NCBI GenBank assembly: GCA_965246715.1
Contig: CBDFFH010000041.1
Location: 1-64,000 of the forward strand
DNA from: Chamaesiphon sp.
Lineage (GTDB): Bacteria > Cyanobacteriota > Cyanobacteriia > Cyanobacteriales > Chamaesiphonaceae
Reading direction: 5' to 3'
Length of the DNA stretch: 64,000 bases
Within the stretch, counting starts at the first letter, position 1, and each line of letters begins with the position of its first letter. The notes under the pieces are model-generated. The model saw only the letters and a list, made by a program, of their open reading frames with translations, ran no database searches and was not told where the DNA came from. This document shows, in pieces, positions 59,799 through 64,000 of this stretch. The position numbers and the translations under genes were made by a program.

Positions 59799-59870
59799 TC
59801 GGCGTAGCCTTTTTGCTAGGGCAAACGCTACGCGTTGGCAAAGCCTGCGCTTTGCGCTTACGGAACGAAA
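59799..59870 (+). mobile_element. 72-nt nested SDR-like insertion in a CG^ATCG site
   Basis: CTCG|TCGGCGTAGCC...GAACGAAA|ATCGC, exactly 72 nt, containing an inner TTGGCAAAGCCTGCGCTTTGCGCT 24-mer. Confidence 0.65.
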
Positions 59871-59956
59871 ATCGCTCCTGGTGGGGATAGGTGGGTTCGA
59901 TCTCAATTGATATCGATTAAAATCTTTATAGGAAGTACTTACATTGTGAGCGATCG

Positions 59957-60553
59957 ATGATGAATCAAGCCCTATTACTTTCAAAAAATACCGATCGACA
60001 GTTTGTATACTCTGGCATCGATTGGCAACAGTTCAAGTTGATTCAATCTGGCTTTGCCGAGGCTTCAGGTATTCGGCTTGCCTACTTCAATGGAACGATC
60101 GAAATTCTGATGCCAGGAAGAACTCACGAATTGTTTAAAAGCATTATTGGAATGCTAATTGAGTTATTTTGCTTGGAAATGGCGATTGAATTTGAACCGA
60201 CGGGTTCGATGACTCAAGAACGGGAAGGCGAAGTTTCGCTCGAAGCTGATGAATCTTACTGTTTTGGCATATCTAAATCTATTCCCGATTTAGCAATTGA
60301 AGTAGTTTTAACCAGTGGTGGTAACGATAAGCTTCAGCGATATGAAATATTAGGGATCTCCGAAGTCTGGTTTTGGCAAGATGGAGTGTTTAGTCTCTAT
60401 CGTCTCCGAGATGGTAAGTACGATCGCATTACCCGTAGTGAAATTCCCGAACTGACTGCATTAGATATCGATCTGCTAACTCGTTGTGTCTTGATGGCAG
60501 AAACTTCTCGATTGAATGCTGCAAATGAATTTCGTAAGATGATTAAGTTATGA
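59957..60553 (+). CDS. Uma2 (DUF820) family endonuclease
   Basis: RLAYFNGTIEILMP, EADESYCF, PDLAIEVV, KL..Y..LGISEVW. Confidence 0.92.
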   Translation: MMNQALLLSKNTDRQFVYSGIDWQQFKLIQSGFAEASGIRLAYFNGTIEILMPGRTHELFKSIIGMLIELFCLEMAIEFEPTGSMTQEREGEVSLEADESYCFGISKSIPDLAIEVVLTSGGNDKLQRYEILGISEVWFWQDGVFSLYRLRDGKYDRITRSEIPELTALDIDLLTRCVLMAETSRLNAANEFRKMIKL

Positions 60554-60613
60554 TAGCGATCGATCCATGCTGGTGGGCGAGTTCGATCGATAGAATCTTA
60601 CATACAATTCACC

Positions 60614-61229
60614 CACACAAACCTGTAGGGGCAGGTTTATGGAACAACCTCAGATGGTTATAAAAATCTCAATCAAACCTGCCCTCCCCACTAACAACCC
60701 ATCGCATGTCATCATCCTAAATTATCACAATCGATCGATCCTGGCGAGGATAAGCAGATTCGGTTGAGATCGATTCTCTTTCAGAGCAACTGAGCCGACA
60801 TAATTATCGTCTAATGGATGAAAGGAACTTTGCTGGGTGTGCTGGGTTTCATTCTTCAACCCAACCTACAGATCTGCCATTCGGTTTTGGTGGCAAGATT
60901 GACAATTGATAGGCACTGAGCTTTGATAAGCGCGATAATAGCAGTACTTTCTGAGGGTAGTGTTGCCAAGAGCCGTTTAGATCTAGAATGTTATGTCTGT
61001 ATTTTACAATATCGATCGAGTGATATCGATCGATTAAAACAGCAACCAAATTAGTTTAAATCTAATATTCACACACAAATCCGTAGGGGCAGGTTTATGG
61101 AATAACCTACGAATAATTCTAAGAATCTAAATCAAACCTGCCCAACCCCACTAGCAATCGATCGAATGTCACCAGCCCAAATTATCACAATCGCTCCTGG
61201 TGAAGATGGGCGGGTTTGTTTGAGATCGA
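60614..61229. repeat. Two ~160-bp imperfect direct repeats built on GTAGGGGCAGGTTT...AAACCTGCCC REP pairs
   Basis: Copies at ~60614-60773 and ~61072-61229; partial third copy at ~59768-59900; related arm at ~54655-54669. Confidence 0.8.
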
Positions 61230-61352
61230 ATTTAGCGGTGATTATTTGCATAAACAAAGCCATCTACAGATCCTATCTTTGATATGCGATCGAGTCATAA
61301 AAATCGATTAAAATGATGGATACATTAGATTTAATCTCTTTTCTAATCAAAA

Positions 61353-61934
61353 ATGGTTTCAGATAGAATATTTGCATTGCCACCAGGCTATTCTCTCCGA
61401 ACGGCAACGAAAGAGGACTTAATCAGAATAGTATATTTTGCAGCTATTGGAAAGAGTGGAAAATATAAGACTCTAGCAATTTTATTTTTCTTAATATCGA
61501 TATTCTCAATATTCTCTAAGTCTTGGGCAACAGTAATTGTTATAATGTTTTGTTGTGTATACTTATTATTCTGTTTTTCCTGGTATCTAGCATAGCTTAA
61601 TTTTCTAGCAAAGCAGATGATAGTTATCTATTTTGTTGAACATGGTAATGAAGTTTGTGGATATGTTCGTTGTGATACTCTCACCGATTATCAATATATC
61701 TTTTCATTATTAGTTTCAAGGAAACATCAAAATCGAGGAATAGGTAGTAGCTTGGTTTGGTATTGTATCAACAATACTCAACAACCTGTTTATTTAACAG
61801 CTTATGGCTATAGACTGAAGGCCTTTTACAACAGATTTGGCTTTGTTACTATAGATTGGCTAAATTCACCTACTAATATTTCTTTGCTTCGACTACATAA
61901 GTCTAGAGATCTCATGGGCTTTAGAAATAGCTAA
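61353..61934 (+). pseudogene. Membrane-anchored GNAT acetyltransferase interrupted by one in-frame TAG
   Basis: ORFs 61353-61595 and 61617-61934 share a frame, joined by TAG(61593-61595)-CTT AAT TTT CTA GCA AAG CAG. GNAT motifs LLVSRKHQNRGIGSSLV and FYNRFGF. Confidence 0.75.
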
Positions 61935-61967
61935 AAATTTTATTAATATCCATTAATTCAAATTGCT

Positions 61968-61997
61968 AAAAAACCGAGCTTATTTATAAGCTCGGTT
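61968..61997 (-). terminator. Rho-independent terminator after chlN
   Basis: AACCGAGCTTAT/ATAAGCTCGGTT inverted repeat ending in a T-run on the minus strand. Confidence 0.75.
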
Positions 61998-62016
61998 AAG
62001 TTTAATAGTCAGTAAT

Positions 62017-63435
<1,419 letters not shown>

Positions 63436-63475
63436 TTAAATATAATTTTTAATTCGTTGGCTACGGTTGAAGGGG

Positions 63476-63636
63476 TACCCACCCCGTCGCTACGCGCCAC
63501 CCCTCCGAGGAGGGGAATTTTTAGCGTGGATGTTGGGGTTCAATTTACCCTAACCAACCTACCGATCTAAAATAATTCAAAATTGATTAGGGCGGAAAAT
63601 TCCCTCCTCGGAGGGGTACCCGAAGGGGGGTGGGTA
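63476..63636. repeat. Inverted pair of CCCCTCCGAGGAGGGGAA-type repeats between chlL and chlN
   Basis: TACCCACCCC...ACCCCTCCGAGGAGGGGAATTTT (63476-63521) and AAAATTCCCTCCTCGGAGGGGT...GGGGTGGGTA (63596-63636). Confidence 0.85.
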
Positions 63637-63659
63637 GATCCCCGCCACCCCTCCAACCC

Positions 63660-64000
63660 CTAAACCATCATCAGATCCTGTTTCTCGCTAGCATCCTGAA
63701 CCTTCGGCTCAACAGGATTGAGATAGAAATCAGACAACAGACTAAACAGATCTCTGTCAGGAGCATCCGTCGGTACCACACCTTCAGGTAACGCTAGAAT
63801 CTGATCCGCGATGTTCAGATAGTAATCACAAACATATTCCAACGAAGGATCGGTTTCCGCCATTTCAAACAACGTCTTACCCTTAACGCGGGAAACGCGA
63901 ATGTCTTCAATCAGCGGTAAAACTTCCAAGACAGGCATCGGAACTGTTTCGATATATTTATCGATCAAATCGCGCTTAGATGTGCGATTCCCAATCAAAC
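63660..64000 (-). CDS. chlL: Dark-operative protochlorophyllide reductase iron protein (5' partial)
   Basis: [41 protein letters not shown]...[11 protein letters not shown]; directly upstream of chlN. Confidence 0.97.
   Translation of the reverse strand, partial: LIGNRTSKRDLIDKYIETVPMPVLEVLPLIEDIRVSRVKGKTLFEMAETDPSLEYVCDYYLNIADQILALPEGVVPTDAPDRDLFSLLSDFYLNPVEPKVQDASEKQDLMMV

Overview
Cyanobacterial chromosomal segment, identified by ndhO, psbY, chlN/chlL and a very high density of CGATCG/GCGATCGC HIP1-type sites. A Chamaesiphon-like host is my guess only. The backbone is housekeeping: thrB, ubiX, a Zam/RNase R-like gene, an NrtR-regulated pncB-nadD-nrtR-nadE NAD salvage operon, uvrB, holB, hpf, chlN and chlL. 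Accessory modules include a >1690-aa Ser/Thr kinase-AAA-GAF-PAS sensor that runs off the left edge (missing from the ORF track), an FAD oxidoreductase with a winged-helix-like insert, and an HTH-AAA_35 protein with upstream AGTCA repeats. Also present are a DUF4129-DUF4350-MoxR cluster, a single-polypeptide RNA ligase-kinase-phosphatase RNA repair enzyme, a YHYH protein with a heavy-metal-type two-component system, two orphan immunity-like genes and a fused nucleotidyltransferase module. A five-gene specialised Hsp70 system (Hsp70, GrpE, HPD-less J-like protein, two TPR proteins) lies near the right end. The window is rich in small mobile DNA: at least five MITEs (three with 6-8 bp target-site duplications), REP-like palindromes, and 24-nt elements inserted into CG^ATCG-like sites, two of them in-frame within genes. 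I found no rRNA, tRNA or CRISPR array.
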